In this document: piece after piece, positions 12,105 to 23,185 of the stretch | Position numbering within the stretch: the first letter of the stretch is position 1 | Layout: each line of letters starts with the position of its first letter | Origin: Gammaproteobacteria bacterium | Lineage (GTDB): Bacteria > Pseudomonadota > Gammaproteobacteria > Magnimaribacterales > D2472 | Assembly: GCA_038142505.1 (NCBI GenBank) | Contig: JAYQKD010000005.1 | Span: 30,217 to 94,216 of the forward strand | Direction of reading: 5' to 3' | Length of the DNA stretch: 64,000 nt | Program-made: the position numbers and the translations under genes | The notes under the pieces: model-generated | The model's database searches: none | What the model was told of the DNA's origin: nothing | The model's input: the letters and a program-made list of their open reading frames with translations, nothing else

Positions 12105-13402
12105 TTGAATAAAATAGATAAATCTATAGCCCTTTTTAATCAAGCTAAGTCGCTTATGCCAGGCGGGGTCAATTCACCAGTTCGTGCTTTCAAAAACATT
12201 AATGGAAACCCTATTTTTTTTGAAAAAGCTCAAGGCGCATACCTTTTTGATGCTGATGGAAATAAATATATAGATTATATTGGATCATGGGGTCCTATGA
12301 TTATGGGGCATTCACACCCTGAAATAGTTAATGCCATTAAAAATCAAGCTGAGCTGGGTACAAGTTATGGAGCACCAACAAGTCTAGAGTCTAACGTTGC
12401 TGAGTTAATTATAAAAAATGTTCCCAGTATAGAAAAAATAAGAATGGTTAATTCAGGCACCGAGGCAACAATGAGTTCTATTAGGTTGGCTAGAGGATTT
12501 ACAAACAGAAAAAGATAATTAAATTTGATGGTTGCTATCATGGTCATGTTGATTCTCTTTAATAAAAGCAGGGTCTGGGAGTTTCAACCTTTGGCTTACC
12601 AGATTCACCAGGAATTCCAGAAGATTTAGCTAAACATACCATCACATGTCCATATAATGATATTGAAGCTTTTATAGAAATTTTTAATTAGTGTTAAAGA
12701 TGATCTTGCTGCAGTAATTGTTGAGCCTATTGCGGGTAACATGGGCTTTGTTCCAGGAACAGAAGAATTTTTACAAACACTAAGGTCATACACAGAATCC
12801 AATAACTCCCTCCTAATATTCGATGAGGTAATGAGTGGTTTTAGAGTTTCACTTGGTGGAGCTCAAGAAATCTTTAACATAAAACCTGATTTAACTGCTT
12901 TAGGAAAAGTAATTGGAGGAGGACTTCCGGTTGGAGCATTTGGTGGAAAAAAAGAAATTATGGATTTTCTTGCGCCAGAAGGCCCTGTATATCAAGCCGG
13001 AACACTTTCTGGAAATCCTCTAGCTATGGCTGCTGGGTCAACTTTATTAAATCTATTAATTGAAAAAATCCATATAAAAATTGGAAGAAAAAGCAAAGCT
13101 GATGCTTGAATGGAATGAAAGAAATTATGAGTTCTGCTGGAATTCCTTTTTCTACAAATCAAATTGGGGGAATGTTTGGATTCTTTTTTTCTGAAGAGCT
13201 TCCATTAAATATTGATGATGTTTCCAGAACAAATGATCAAACATTTTCTGCATTTATTAATGCTTGTATAAAAAATGGAATATATTTTGCGCCTTCAAAA
13301 TTCGAAGCTGGATTTATTTCTTCAACACATGGAAATATGGAAAGAAATAAAACATTTGAAGTTGTTGGCAAAATAGTTAAAACCGGAGAAATTAACAAAT
13401 GA
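12105..13402 (+). pseudogene. hemL: glutamate-1-semialdehyde 2,1-aminomutase, frame interrupted at least 4 times
   Basis: [28 protein letters not shown] | [11 protein letters not shown] (other frame) | [44 protein letters not shown]. Shifts cluster in 12500-12740 and near 13100. Confidence 0.9.
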
Positions 13403-14400
13403 AATATGATATCAGTGCTCTTGGAAATGCTCTTGTAGATACACAATATAAAGTTAGTCATGAATTTTTAGCCAGTGTGGGTCTTGAGGCTGATTCGATG
13501 ACTCTAGCTTCTGCAGAAGAGCAAGCTCCGATTATAGAAAAGTTAATAAGCATGGGTGCAGAGTCTGTTTCTGACTGTGGTGGCTCTGCTACAAATTCAT
13601 TAGTTGCTGCTGCAAACTATGGGTCAAAATGCCATCATGTTTGTCGTGTTTCAGATGATGAGGATGGTAGAAAGTATCTTGAAAGCTTAAGATCTGCTGG
13701 AGTCCATCATATAGGCATTAGTTCTGAAAACTCTGAAGTGCCAACTGGTAAATGCTTAATTTTAGTTACTCCTGATGCAAAAAGAACAATGAGTAGCATG
13801 CTAGGCGTGAGTGCATTTTTAGGTTCAGCTGATATTGATTATGAAGTTGTGGAAAATTCTAAAATATTTTACATAGAAGGTTACATGGTAACTAGTGATG
13901 ATAATTTTAATGCTGTTATATCTGTTTTAGAGCATCTTAAAAGGAAAGAATACAATTAAAGCTCTATCTTTATCTGATGCTGGAATTGTTCATGGATTTA
14001 AAGAAAATTTGATCAAATTGTTTCTTATGGTATTGATATGATTTTTTGTAATGATGATGAAGCTATAGCCTTCTCAGATGCTAATGATATTTGAAGAAGC
14101 TATAGATTTTTATAAATCTAACCCTATATGACTGTAATTACAAAAGGTGCTGAAGGAAGTGTTGTTGTAAAAGATGGCGCTGAAATTCATGCAGATGCTC
14201 AAAAAATTACACCAATAGATACTAATGGTGCTGGTGATATGTTTGCTGGTTCATTTATGCATGCCTATCTTCAAGACAATGATTTAAAAACTTGTGCAGA
14301 GTTTAGTAATTTTGCATCGTCTAAGATTGTCGAAACTTTTGGGCCTAGGTTATCTGCAGATGGATATGCAGAAGTTGCAAATAAATTAAGAAAAAGCTAG
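13399..14400 (+). pseudogene. PfkB-family adenosine kinase-like sugar/nucleoside kinase, frame interrupted
   Basis: The N-terminus (ALGNALVD) and C-terminal DTNGAGDMFAGSF motif are in the same frame. The stretch 13940-14130 is readable only by switching frames several times (IKALSLSDAGIVHGF, FDQIVSYGIDMIFCNDDEA). Confidence 0.75.
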
Positions 14401-14457
14401 CTTATTTAACGAGTTTCTGATATTTTCTCCACCTAAAATTTTATTAAATCGTAATTA

Positions 14458-15021
14458 ATGGCAAAAACTAAACAGCTACTACAAAAAAAACAGTTAAAAA
14501 AACCACTACTAAAAAAAACTGCTAGCAAAAAAAGCTCCAGCAAAAAAAGTTGTAAAAAGTTGTTACAAAAAAAACAGTAGCAAAAAAAGCGCCTCAAAAA
14601 ATTGCTAATAATAAATCTAAAATTGCGCCGTATAAATCCAAGAAAAATGAAAAATACATGAGTGCAGCCATGAAAAGACATTTTGTAGCAGTGTTATTGT
14701 TATGGAAAGAGCACTTATTAGACGAAATGCAAAAAACATTTGATCATCTTAAAGACTAAAGGCGAAACATATGCAGATCCAGTTGACAGAGCTTCTCAAG
14801 AAGAGGAGTTTGCTTTTGAATTAAGAACTAGAGATAGAGAAAGAAAACTAATTAGCAAAATAGCTGTATCTTTAGAAAAAATTAAACAAGATGACTATGG
14901 TTGGTGCGATGCATGCGGATGTGAAATAGGAATAAAGAGACTTGAAGCAAGACCTACAGCAACACATTGTATTGATTGCAAAACTCTTGATGAAATTAAA
15001 GAGAAGCAATTAAATGGTTAA
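14458..15021 (+). pseudogene. dksA: RNA polymerase-binding factor DksA with Lys/Ala/Thr-rich N-terminal extension; frame interrupted in A-runs
   Basis: IAPYKSKKNEKYMSAAMKRHF ... [27 protein letters not shown] ... C-x2-C-x17-C-x2-C zinc finger (CDACG...CIDC), colinear with E. coli DksA. The tail is encoded across three frames. An extra A lies in A3 14751-14753. Confidence 0.88.
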
Positions 15022-16282
15022 TGTTCTTTAACCCATGTGAAAAAATTTGATCGATAATACAAAAATAAGCAAATTTGCTATATCTGTTATCACAGAATTA
15101 CAAAAAAATAATTTTCAAGCATATCTAGTTGGAGGATGTGTTAGAGATGCTCTTGTCTGGTATAGAGCCAAAAGATTTTGATATTGCTACAGATGCTACG
15201 CCTGAGCAAGTTAGAAAAATATTTAAAGCTTCAAGAATTATTGGCAGGCGATTCAAACTTGTGCATGTTTTTAATAGAACAGAGCTTCTTGAAGTTGCTA
15301 CATTCAGATCTGGCAATAATGAAACTGAAGATGAGTCAAAGTTAATTAAAGATGAAAGTGGCAAAATTCTTAGAGATAATGTTTGGGGTACTTTAGATCA
15401 AGACTGTTACAGAAGAGACTTTACAATAAATGCTCTTTATTACTGTCCTATTTCAAAAAAAATAGAAGATAAAAATAATGGGTTAAGTCATATTCATAAA
15501 AAAATAATTGTGTCGATAGGAGACCCTCAATTAAGATTTGAGGAGGATCCAGTAAGAAGTCTAAGAGCTATTCGATTCAGTAATAAGCTAGGCTTTAAAA
15601 TAGATGGTCAAATTAAAAATGCTATTTATGATAAAGGCCATTTGCTATCAAGCATCTCAAATGCAAGATTGTTTGATGAATTTTGTAAAATATTTTTAGG
15701 AGGTATGGGAGAAAAAAATTTTAACAAATTATGCTCATTTAATTTAAATAAATACTTAGTTTTATCTAATCCAAATAAAAATGATTTTTCACACAATATT
15801 ATGATTCAAGCTTTAGAAATACGGATAATAGAATAAAAAACAATCAATCTGTTACTCCTGGTTTCTTATTAGCTGCTTTATTATGGCCAACATTAATTTC
15901 TAGATGTACAAAAAATAATGAAATTAACATCAGAAAGTTCTTTAGATCTATGGATGGAGTTCTCAGAGAACAACAAAAACTTACAGCTGTTCCAAGAAAA
16001 TTTAATAGTTATATAAAAGATATATGGGTTCTTCAGCTTAAACTTCATAGCAGAATTAAAAGTCAGCCATATAAAACAATAAGACATCCAAGATTCAGAG
16101 CTGCATATGATTTTCTTCTTGTAAGAGAAAAGGCAACATCTGATAAAAATGGATTGGGGAAATGGTGGACTGATTTTCAAAAAAATGATGACTCTCTCAG
16201 AGGGTCATTGATTGCAAGAATGAATGAAAAAAATGATGCAGATTCTTCTAAAATATTTGGCTTCTATAACGAGTTGAGATAA
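15021..16282 (+). pseudogene. pcnB: poly(A) polymerase I, frame interrupted
   Basis: AYLVGGCVRD | EPKDFDIATDATPEQVRKIF..RIIGRRFKLVHV ... RDFTINALYY ... | VTPGFLLAALLWP | HPRFRAAYDFLLVRE. ATG 15021 (TAATG overlap with the dksA stop) joins if A6 15040-15045 gains one A. Confidence 0.88.
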
Positions 16283-16309
16283 TCTAGAGTAAAAACAAAT
16301 ATGTAAATA

Positions 16310-16975
16310 ATGAAGCCAGCTATTAAAGAAGTTCCACTTCCTAAATATATTGCAATTGAAGGACCAATCGGAGTTGGTAAAACAACTTTAGCAAATAAAA
16401 TAGCAACCACATTTAATTATGATGCTTTTTTAGAGCAACCAGCAGAAAATCCATTTCTTAAAAATTTCTATAGAAATCCAAGTCAATCTGCTTTAGCCAC
16501 TCAGCTGTTCTTTTTATTTCAAAGAATGCAGCAAATACAAGATTTAAAACAAAGAAGTCTTTTTGAAACAGTTAGGGTTGCTGATTTTTTAATTGAAAAG
16601 GATAGATTGTTTGCTGAAGTTACTCTTTCAAATGAAGAAATGGATCTTTATGACAAGGTTTATGACCATATTACACTTGATGCACCAACCCCTGATCTAG
16701 TTATCTACCTACAAGCGCCAATAGATGTTTTAAAAGAAAGGATAACAAAAAGAGGAAACATTAATGAGCAATATTTAACATTAGAGTATCTAGAGAAACT
16801 TAATGATGCTTATTCACGATTCTTTCTTGATTATAATGATGCTCCTTTGCTTATTATTAATGCTGCTGATATAAATTTAGAGTCAAATGAAGCTGATTAT
16901 GAATCACTTATAACAACAATTATGTCAAATCCTAAAGGCAAAAATTTTATTAACCCACAACCTTCAATAATATAA
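16310..16975 (+). CDS. deoxynucleoside kinase family protein
   Basis: P-loop IAIEGPIGVGKTTLA and the overall dNK/dGK-like layout, 221 aa, intact. Confidence 0.75.
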   Translation: MKPAIKEVPLPKYIAIEGPIGVGKTTLANKIATTFNYDAFLEQPAENPFLKNFYRNPSQSALATQLFFLFQRMQQIQDLKQRSLFETVRVADFLIEKDRLFAEVTLSNEEMDLYDKVYDHITLDAPTPDLVIYLQAPIDVLKERITKRGNINEQYLTLEYLEKLNDAYSRFFLDYNDAPLLIINAADINLESNEADYESLITTIMSNPKGKNFINPQPSII

Positions 16976-16981
16976 GATTAA

Positions 16982-18910
16982 TGGCTGAAAATATTTTTTA
17001 TCCCAAAGAAGGAACTAATCCTTTTATTAAAAACCTTGATGAGTATAAAAAGCTATATAAGCAATCTATTGATAATCCAAAGAATTTTTTGGAAATCTTG
17101 CTAAAGAAAACATTCAATGGATAGAAGATTTTGATTCTGTTCACAATGGTGAATTCTCAGAAACAAAATGGTTTGAAGGTGGAAAAACTAATATTAGTGT
17201 TAATTGTATTGATAGACATCTAGAAAAAAATGCAGAAAAAACTGCCATAATTTGGGAAGGTGATAATCCAAGATGACTCTAAAGAACTATCTTATCAAGA
17301 GCTTCATGATGAAGTTTGTAAATTTGCTAATGTATTAAAAAAGGGCTTGGAGTAAAAAAAGGTTCTAGAGTATGTATTTATATGCCAATGATAGTTGAAG
17401 TTGCATATGCAATGTTGGCCTGTACAAGAATTGGGGCAATTCACTCGGTTGTCTTTGGTGGGTTTTCTCCAGAATCGCTTAAAGATAGAATTCTTGACGC
17501 TGATTGTAGAGTTGTAATTACTGCAGATGAAGGAGTAAGGGGTGGAAAATCTGTTCCTTTAAAAGGCTAATGTCGATGAAGCATTAATGGGATGTCCAAA
17601 TGTCAGCAAAACATTGGTTATTAAGAGAACTGGTAATGATATTTCGTGGGATTCAAATAGAGATGTTTGGTATGAGGATTTAGTAAAAGATGTGAGTGCT
17701 ATATGTCAGCCTGAGCCAATGGATTCGGAAGATCCTCTTTTTATACTTTATACATCAGGCTCTACTGGAAAACCAAAGGGTGTACTTCATTCAACAGCTG
17801 GGTATTTATTGGGAGCTCACATAAGTTTTAAATATCTCTTTGGAATAAAGGCTGAAGATAAATATTGGTGTACAGCTGATGTTGGTTGGATTACAGGGCA
17901 TACCTATATTTTATATGGGCCTCTTTCAAACGGTGCTACAACTTTAATGTTTGAAGGTGTTCCGACCTATCCTTCAGCATCTAGATGTTGGGAGATATGT
18001 GACAAGCATAATATTAGTATTTTTTATACTGCTCCAACTGCAATTAGAGCTTTAATGGCCCAAGGCGATGATGCTGTGACAAAGACTAAGAGAGATAGCT
18101 TAAGGATTCTTGGAACTGTGGGTGAGCCAATTAATCCAGAAGCTTGGGATTGGTATTATAGAGTTGTTGGAAAATCTAATTGTGAGGTTATAGATACTTG
18201 GTGGCAAACTGAAACTGGTTCTGTTTTGATAACTCCTATTGCTGGTGTTACTCCAACAAAACCAGGATCAGCTACACTACCCTTCTTTGGAGTTAAGCCA
18301 GAACTTTATGATGAATCTGGTAATGTATTAAAAGATGTCAATTCAGGCAATCTAGTTATAGAACAATCATGGCCAAGCCAAATTAGAAGTGTTTATGGCG
18401 ATCATGAAAGAATGATCAGCACCTATTTCAGTATGTACAAAGACATCTACTTTACCGGGGATGGGGCAAGAAGAGACGAAGATGGTTATTTTTGGATTAC
18501 TGGACGAGTTGACGATGTATTAAATGTTTCTGGTCACAGACTTGGAACAGCAGAAATTGAAAAGTGCTTTAGTACTTCATCCAAAAATTGCTGAGGCTGC
18601 AGTCGTTGGTTTTGAACACCCAATCAAGGGTCAAGGCATATATGCTTACGTTACATTAATGATTGGTGAGTCATATGTTGAAGGCTTTGATCAAGAGATA
18701 AAACAATTTGTTGCAAAAGAAATAGGTCCAATTGCAAAACCAGATCTTATTCAAAATGCATCCGGTCTTCCAAAAACTCGATCGGGAAAAATCATGCGGA
18801 GAATTCTTAGAAAAATAGCTGAAGGCGATCTATCTAATTTAGGTGATACAACGACCTTAGCAGACCCTGCTGTTGTAGAATCTTTAATAGAAAATAGGCA
18901 AACACTATGA
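16982..18910 (+). pseudogene. acs: acetyl-CoA synthetase, frame interrupted at least 4 times
   Basis: [94 protein letters not shown] | [29 protein letters not shown]. The first shift is at T6 17085-17090. Confidence 0.92.
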
Positions 18911-19278
18911 ATAAAATAATAATATTTTTATCATTACTTATAATTCAGGGTTGCTTAATTTCTCCGAAAGAGTTGGATGAATTAAATGCTGACAACAACT
19001 TTTACTCTCCTGCACAAACAATCAAATGTATGCAAATGCCATCTCCTCAGAGACCAACGCCAATAAATAAAAAGGGAGAGACAAGAGAAAGCTATGATCA
19101 AAGCGATTGTTATGATGATCTACTTACTAAAAACACGAGAGAGCTAACATTAGAATTTAAAAAATCATCAATAGAGCTTGAGAAAAAAGAAGAAAGTATT
19201 GAATTAGCTGAAAGCGCTGATGATATTGATATAGAAGCTATAGAAGAAAAAGTTCTTAAAAAAAATAAAAAAGATTAA
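18907..19278 (+). CDS. hypothetical lipoprotein with acidic C-terminus
   Basis: Signal plus lipobox (LLIIQGC). ATGA overlap with the acs stop. No recognisable domain. Confidence 0.5.
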   Translation: MNKIIIFLSLLIIQGCLISPKELDELNADNNFYSPAQTIKCMQMPSPQRPTPINKKGETRESYDQSDCYDDLLTKNTRELTLEFKKSSIELEKKEESIELAESADDIDIEAIEEKVLKKNKKD

Positions 19279-19284
19279 TTTAAT

Positions 19285-20073
19285 TTATAAAATTCTTCTT
19301 TCTCTTTTAACTTTATTTTCTCCAATAAGTTTGATTAGGTGTGCCTCCAAGCTAAATTTGGCAATAGGATGGAGCTGTTCTGGAACATCATCATATACAT
19401 GTTTAACAAGCTCATCGATTGTATTTTTTCCAAAATCTTCAAGCTTTCTTATAGTTTTGCTTTCTCTTGCTAGTCTATGTCTGATTATTGATTGAATTGT
19501 TTTCTTTGGTTCGTGCATGAAATTTCCATGACCTGGTGCAAAAAAATCAACCTGTAGAGTTAATAAACGTTTCAAAGAATTAAGATAGTCACCCATGTTC
19601 CCATCTGGGGGACCTATGACAACAGTTGACCCATCCATAATATGATCACCAGTTATTAAACAATTTAAATTTTTTATTAAAAAGCAAAAATGATTTGATG
19701 CATGCCCGGGGGTATGGATAGCTTCCAGAATATATTCTTCTGTTTCTATTTTATCTAAATCTTTTAATACCACATCTGGAGAAAATGTTTCATCTTCCCA
19801 TGTTGAATCTCCGTCAACCAATCTTCCATACATAGGAACATTTAATATTTTTGAAATAGGCAAAGCTGCTGGAGAGTGATCGGTATGAGTATGGGTCACT
19901 ATAATTCTTTTAATGTTTCCATTACCCAATTTAATTATTTCTTCAATATGCTCTTGAATATTTGGGCCTGGATCAATCAAAGAAATATCTTTATTACCAA
20001 TTAAATAAGTATTAGTTCCCTTTCCAGTAAAAACACTTGGGTTTGGAGCAGTAATTTTTTTTATTAAATCCAT
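19285..20073 (-). CDS. MBL-fold metallo-hydrolase (LACTB2-like)
   Basis: GTNTYLIG ... IIVTHTHTDHSPAA (HxHxDH) ... HTPGHASNH ... GDH ... PGHG. Confidence 0.8.
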   Translation of the reverse strand: MDLIKKITAPNPSVFTGKGTNTYLIGNKDISLIDPGPNIQEHIEEIIKLGNGNIKRIIVTHTHTDHSPAALPISKILNVPMYGRLVDGDSTWEDETFSPDVVLKDLDKIETEEYILEAIHTPGHASNHFCFLIKNLNCLITGDHIMDGSTVVIGPPDGNMGDYLNSLKRLLTLQVDFFAPGHGNFMHEPKKTIQSIIRHRLARESKTIRKLEDFGKNTIDELVKHVYDDVPEQLHPIAKFSLEAHLIKLIGENKVKRERRIL

Positions 20074-20084
20074 TTATTTCTATT

Positions 20085-20878
20085 TTAATAATTATCATAA
20101 TCTAAATCATCAGGTAATAGTCCAATCCATCTACCTTCTTTTTTAAAAAATTTAGGTAATATTGCTGGAATATCATCATTAGTAAGTTTTGATTGATGTT
20201 CTAATAAATTTTTTCCTGAATCAAATTCTAAGCATTGTTGAAGATTTTTTATTGTAGGCATTATCATTGGCATTTCACCAGTTGATGATCTATCTAATGC
20301 TTTTTTTGGTGAGATCCATAAACTATCTGTAAGCTCTGTTCCATCATGTTTTTCAGTTTGTTTTGATGGGATATATGCTATAAAAAATCTTGTATCAAAC
20401 CTTTTGATTTCAATTTCAGGAGTAATCCAATGAGAAAAAGGTTCTATGCTATCTAAATTTAGTATAAGTTTTCTTGATCACATATTTCTTTAAGACTTAT
20501 TTGGTTCTCTATGAGCATCTTTCTATAATCATTAAACTTTTGTTTATCTAAGCCATTTAAATCAAGCTCTTCTCCATCTTTTTTTGTAGCCAGTAGAATT
20601 CCAACTTCCTCAAAACACTCTCTAACACAAGCGATCCAGTATGAGAGCCCTCCCTCATCTATTCCAAGCTTGGAAGAAGCTAATTTATCATCAAGGGTGT
20701 TACAAAAATCTTGTAAATTTTGATCTTTATCGGATTCGTCTATTTTACCACCTGGAAAAACATAAAGATTTTCAAACGGAGGTCTTTTAGACCTTTTAAC
20801 CATTAGAACTTGCAATCCTTCATTGGAATCTCTTATTAAAAGTACTGTTGCAGCTGGTACAAGCGAAAGATTGTTCAT
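20085..20878 (-). pseudogene. Nudix hydrolase with C-terminal extension, one frameshift near 20460
   Basis: Nudix box GGKIDESD...VRECFEEVGILLA in the 20459-20878 ORF. The downstream frame continues NLDSIEPFSHWITPEIEIKRFDTRFFIAYIP...GEMPMIMPT to 20085. Confidence 0.75.
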
Positions 20879-20910
20879 AATTTGTGTTTTATTAGCTTAG
20901 AATACTGTCT

Positions 20911-21783
20911 ATGAATATAACTAACAATCTAAAAGATGACATTCTTCATGCCCCTGATTGGTTTCATCAAGCCATTCAAGACAAACCTGAGGATAAAATA
21001 TTTGAACATAAGTTGGGAAATCGTTTCATATTCTCAAAATGGGCAACTAGCTCTGCTAATAAAAACCTAATTGTTTATTGCATGGTGGTGGAGCTCACAA
21101 AAAATGGTGGGATCCAATTGGGCCGCAACTAATCGAAAATTGGAAACATAATAGCTATAGATTTGCCTGGAATGGGTTTCTCTGAGTTTTAGAAAAAATA
21201 TAAAATTATAGATTTTGGAAATTGTTACAGAAATAATCGAAAAAGAAAAATCAGACCATGGATTAGAGACCGTTAACATAGTTGGGCATTCTCTTGGAGG
21301 TCATGTAGCAGGATATATTGCAACAGAAAGAAAAGATTTAATTACTAATGTCATTATTATTGATACCTTCATAAGACCTCCAGACTATGATCCCTTCAAA
21401 GCATACTGGCCTCTTAGAATGATTAGATATTATCCTGATAAAAATACTATTCTTAACAGATTCCGATTAATGCCAAGTCAAGAGTGTTTGAATGATTGGT
21501 ATGTGAGATATATTGCTGAATACTCTATTAAAGAGACTAAAGATGGTTGGAGGTGGTGTTTTGATGATTTGTATTTACAAGTCTTGAAAGGCTTTTTGAG
21601 ATATCATTTTCATTTTCTTGTCCTGCGCTTTTTGTTCATGGTGCTAATAGTTTGCTTAACAAGTCTGGTTATTTTTTAGAAAATGTTAAAAATATGTATC
21701 AAATATTATGGAATTTTGAAGAAATACCAGGTGCTGCTCATCATGTCCCACTAGATAAACCTATTGAATTATTAAGCTTATAA
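20911..21783 (+). pseudogene. alpha/beta-fold hydrolase, frame interrupted several times
   Basis: HGGGAHKKWW (frame switch), nucleophile elbow VGHSLGGHVAGYIA, and a C-terminal FVHGANS...IPGAAHHVPLDKP readable in another frame. Confidence 0.7.
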
Positions 21784-21897
21784 AGGAAAGATGTAGGTTA
21801 TTTTAAATTTTTATGAATTATTTTTACTTTTTCTTTTTTTCTTTTTTTATCCCTACTTTTATATATTAAGCCACTAATTGTTCATATATGTAAAAAG

Positions 21898-23181
21898 GTG
21901 GATAGCGCTGAAAACCTAAATGTATTGGGGGGTCTTACATTTTTAATAGGTATGGCAATGGTAATATTTTCTATAAATTCCGATTGGGCAGAAAGACTTT
22001 GGATTCTTCTTACTTTAATACTAGGCATTCTTTTATGTATTAGAGGTTTGATAGTTATATTTTTCTTCGAAAAAATAAAAAAAATTCTTCCAATTTATCT
22101 AAATCATTATTACAAATTTAGCATTCCAATATCTATAGCAATGATATCTTTGGCATTCTTTGTAGTTACTACTGATTACATTGGGCCTCAAAAAGATATA
22201 AGCGAATGTAAATCAGATAAGGCTATTTCTGTAATATGCGGGTTTTCAAATCCAGAAGATATTGTAGTTACTCCCGATAATAAATATCTTTTAATTTCTG
22301 AGTTCGGCGGTATTCGTCCATATGATTCAACTAAATCAGGAGGGTTTGCGCTATTGAGATTATCTGATAACAAAATAATCACACCAAAAATTTCTTTTGG
22401 TAAAAATATCTGGGGCGAAGATTCTTGCAAGCAAAATGAGATATTTGGCCCGCATGGTATAGATCTTGTTCAAAGGGAGGATGGCAGTTACCAGCTTGGC
22501 GTTATAAACCATTATCCTGGTGAAACTATAGAGATGTTTGAGTTAGTTCAAAAGTCTGAGCAGGATACATGGTCATTTGTCTGGAGAGGTTGTATTGAGG
22601 TTCCAGAAAAATACTATCTTAATGATATTGCCTTAAAAAAAGATGGCACCTTTTATGTATCCCATATGTATTCAAGAGATATTACTATGACAAAGTGGCT
22701 AATAACCGCTCTACTTAAAAAAGATTCTGGTGTCATCCTTGAGTGGAATAAAGATAGTTTTATAGAGATTCCAAACTCTGAAGGTAGTGGTCCAAATGGT
22801 ATAACTTTCAATGAATCAACTAATAATTTATTTATAAGTTACAACCAAGGAGATCGAGTTGTGAAATTTGATCTATCAGACAATAAAAAACTTCAAACTT
22901 TTAAAGTAGAGTCTCCAGATAATATTTACATAAATAAAGATTCTGTTTGGCTCACATCATTAGATTTTCAGCCAAACGATGCAGGAGACTGTATTGAAAG
23001 ACCCGCATGCTCTTTGCCTTTTTCTATTTATGAAATAGATAGAGAAACTTTTGTTCTCAAAAATGAAAATTCTTTTAATAAAACTGTTTTTGGCCTCCCA
23101 ACAATAGCTGTTCCAATTGAAAATACTATCTTCATGGGGTCCTTCCATTCAGACAGGCTTGGCTACTTCACTCAAAAGTAA
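21898..23181 (+). CDS. membrane-anchored beta-propeller protein, paraoxonase/arylesterase (SGL/PON)-like
   Basis: GTG start, hydrophobic N-terminal segments, then GPHGIDLV..LGVINHYPGETIEMFEL...LNDIAL..DGTFYVSH, resembling the PON/arylesterase fold pattern. Confidence 0.55.
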   Translation: MDSAENLNVLGGLTFLIGMAMVIFSINSDWAERLWILLTLILGILLCIRGLIVIFFFEKIKKILPIYLNHYYKFSIPISIAMISLAFFVVTTDYIGPQKDISECKSDKAISVICGFSNPEDIVVTPDNKYLLISEFGGIRPYDSTKSGGFALLRLSDNKIITPKISFGKNIWGEDSCKQNEIFGPHGIDLVQREDGSYQLGVINHYPGETIEMFELVQKSEQDTWSFVWRGCIEVPEKYYLNDIALKKDGTFYVSHMYSRDITMTKWLITALLKKDSGVILEWNKDSFIEIPNSEGSGPNGITFNESTNNLFISYNQGDRVVKFDLSDNKKLQTFKVESPDNIYINKDSVWLTSLDFQPNDAGDCIERPACSLPFSIYEIDRETFVLKNENSFNKTVFGLPTIAVPIENTIFMGSFHSDRLGYFTQK

Positions 23182-23185
23182 AATT

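Noticed and set aside
14470-14610. Periodic AAAAAAA-containing repeat that superficially resembles a tandem repeat or array.
   Set aside because: The periodicity reflects KK-containing codon repeats of a coding low-complexity tail. There are no spacers or direct repeats of CRISPR type.
14433-14681. 82-aa minus-strand ORF rich in Phe/Cys/Leu.
   Set aside because: It is the antisense reading of the poly-A (Lys codon) tract of the dksA tail. It is low-complexity and has no support of its own.
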